Below the pieces are notes generated by a model. The model worked only from the letters and a program-made list of their open reading frames with translations, ran no database searches and was not told the origin of the DNA. The translations under genes and the position numbers were made by a program. DNA of 64,000 nucleotides. Origin: Octopus sinensis (taxonomy: Eukaryota). The DNA lies in assembly GCF_006345805.1 (NCBI RefSeq), contig NC_043020.1, forward strand, positions 11,036,001 to 11,100,000. Direction: 5' to 3'. Shown here one piece after another: positions 61,991 through 64,000 of the stretch (positions within the stretch are counted from its first letter, which is position 1; every line of letters starts with the position of its first letter).

Positions 61991-63249
61991 ATAAAAAACA
62001 AATTAGAGATACTCTTTTACTTGTTTCAGTCATTTGACTGTGGCCATGCTAGAGCACAGCTTTTAGTCATGCAAATCGACCCCGGGACTTATTCTTTGTA
62101 AGCCCAGTACTTATTCTATCAGTCTCTTTTGCTGAACTGCTAAGTTATGGGGACGTAAACACACCAGCATCAGTTGTCAAGCGATGTTGGGGGACAAACA
62201 AAGACACACAAACATATACACACACATACATACATATATATAAATATATATATACGACGGGCTTCTTTCAGTTTCCGTCTACCAAATCCACTCACAAGGC
62301 TTTGGTCGGCCTGAGGCTATAGTAGAATACACTTGCCCGAGGTGCCACGCTGTGGGGATGAACCTGAAACCATGTGGTTGGTAAACAAGCTACTTACCAC
62401 ACAGCCAAAGAAACTGTATAAAGGGCACGGATACAAACAACATAGGACGCAACCCATATACACACACAAACACACACACGGTAACTTCAAAAAAGGTCAC
62501 AATAATATCAACATGACTAACAACAATGGCAACAACAACTACCACGATGGCAGCATTGTGGGTGAACACACAAACACAGTGGGCTACAAGAATGGTACAA
62601 AAAGTCGGGTTAAGGGCAGCAGCAACAGCTACTGGAGGCGCAATGGCCCAATGGTTAGGACAGCGGACTCGTGGTCGGAGGATCGCGGTTTCGATTCCCA
62701 GACCAGCCGTTCTGTGTGTTTATTGAGTGAAAACACCTAAAGCTCCACGAGGCTCCGGCAGGGGGTGGTGGCGACTCCTGTTGTACTCTTTCGCTCCAAC
62801 TTTCTCTCACTCTTTCTTCCTGTTTCTTGTCCCCGACTTCCTAAGCAACTGCTGAGCCTGGATGCGCATTCATCCATCTGTCGATGCTCTCGGTGTCGGG
62901 GGTTGTTGACCTGCTTTCTCTTCTGCGGGTCTTACGAATAGCAAAAGACCATGTTTCGGACTTCTCCCACTAGGATGAAGACCGCTTCGCTCAACAAACA
63001 AACAAACAAGCAAGCAGTAACAGCAACGAAGTGGGGACAGGGCTGGGGGCATAGTGCTGCTAAGAACAATGACACACACATACAGGTGCAGGAGTGGCTG
63101 TGTGGTAAGTAGCTTGCTAACCAACCACATGGTTCGGGGTTCAGTCCCACTGTGTGGCATCTTGGGCAAGTGTCTTCTGCTATAGCCCCGGGCCGACCAA
63201 TACCTTGTGAGTGGATTTGGTAGACGGAAACTGAAAGAAGCCTGTCGTA

Positions 63250-63303
<54 letters not shown>

Positions 63304-64000
63304 ATATATGTATGTATGTGTGCTTGTGTGTCTGTGTTTGCTCCCCTAGCATTGCTTGACAACCGATGCTGGTGTGTTTACGTCCCCGTCACTTAGCGGT
63401 TCGGCAAAAAGAGACCGATAAAATAAGTACTGGGCTTACAAAGAATAAGTCCCGGGGTCGATTTGCTTGACTAAAGGCGGTGCTCCAGCATGGCCGCAGT
63501 CAAATGACTGAAACAAGTAAAATAAAATAAAAATTTTTTTTAAATACACACACAAACACAGATGCATGTGCATATAAGGATACACATCATAGAAGAACAG
63601 AATAGAATAATCAGAGCAAGAGCACACAGGAAGACGGAAAGTGTCGCTGAGGTCACAGATGTAACAAAAGACTTCCGGACAATCATCATCATCATTGTTT
63701 AACGTCCGCTTTCCATGCTAGCATGGGTTGGACGATTTGACTAAGGTCTGGTGAACCAGATGGCTGCACTAGACTCCAATACATGGTGACTACAATAGTC
63801 CTAGCAGCATAAAAAACAGCATCCAGTGCACACTGTAAAGTGGTTGGTATTTGGAAGGGCATCCAGCTGTAGAAAACCATGCCACAGTGGACACTAGAGT
63901 AATTTGCAGTCCTTGACTCATTGGATCCTTGTCAAACTGTTCAACATCTGTCAGCATGGAACATCATTATCATCATCATCATCATTATCATCATTTAACG

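Noticed and set aside
62634-62710. tRNA-like sequences at SINE heads (also 57775-57844 and 9491-9560)
   Set aside because: They have A/B-box-like motifs but no complete cloverleaf, and they continue into repeat bodies. They are SINE heads, not tRNA genes.
60576-64000. Search for further TFAM exons
   Set aside because: No HMG-box-like segment with splice sites was found by eye. Upstream exons probably lie beyond the window, although a very short exon could have been missed.

Overview
AT-rich, repeat-dense eukaryotic genomic DNA. The SINE, microsatellite and MITE content suggests an octopus (coleoid cephalopod), which is an inference and not a database match. Three protein-coding genes can be reconstructed by hand from GT-AG exons. 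(1) CAMLG/Get2-like, minus strand, 4 coding exons (13881 to 5499, 276 aa). (2) SLC25A16, the Graves disease/CoA mitochondrial carrier, plus strand, 8 coding exons (15553 to 47503, 324 aa), head-to-head with CAMLG. (3) The last coding exon of a TFAM-like HMG-box gene, minus strand (60575 to 60309), with a very lysine-rich tail. The rest is intronic or intergenic. It holds four SINE-like families and 3' fragments of RTE, CR1 and Penelope-like retroelements. It also holds a Tc1/mariner transposase remnant, MITEs (putative Merlin, hAT, piggyBac, mariner), non-autonomous Helitrons, four minisatellites (81, 18/36, 30 and 31 bp) and many local tandem duplications. Almost all entries in the supplied ORF track are repeat artefacts. 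The most notable observations are a hammerhead-like motif in a tandem Penelope-type repeat, one SINE head/core joined to at least four different tails, a repeat-seeded 81-bp satellite, a GG-ended MITE with 8-bp TSDs, and the histone-H1-like TFAM tail. No clearly new multi-gene system is evident.
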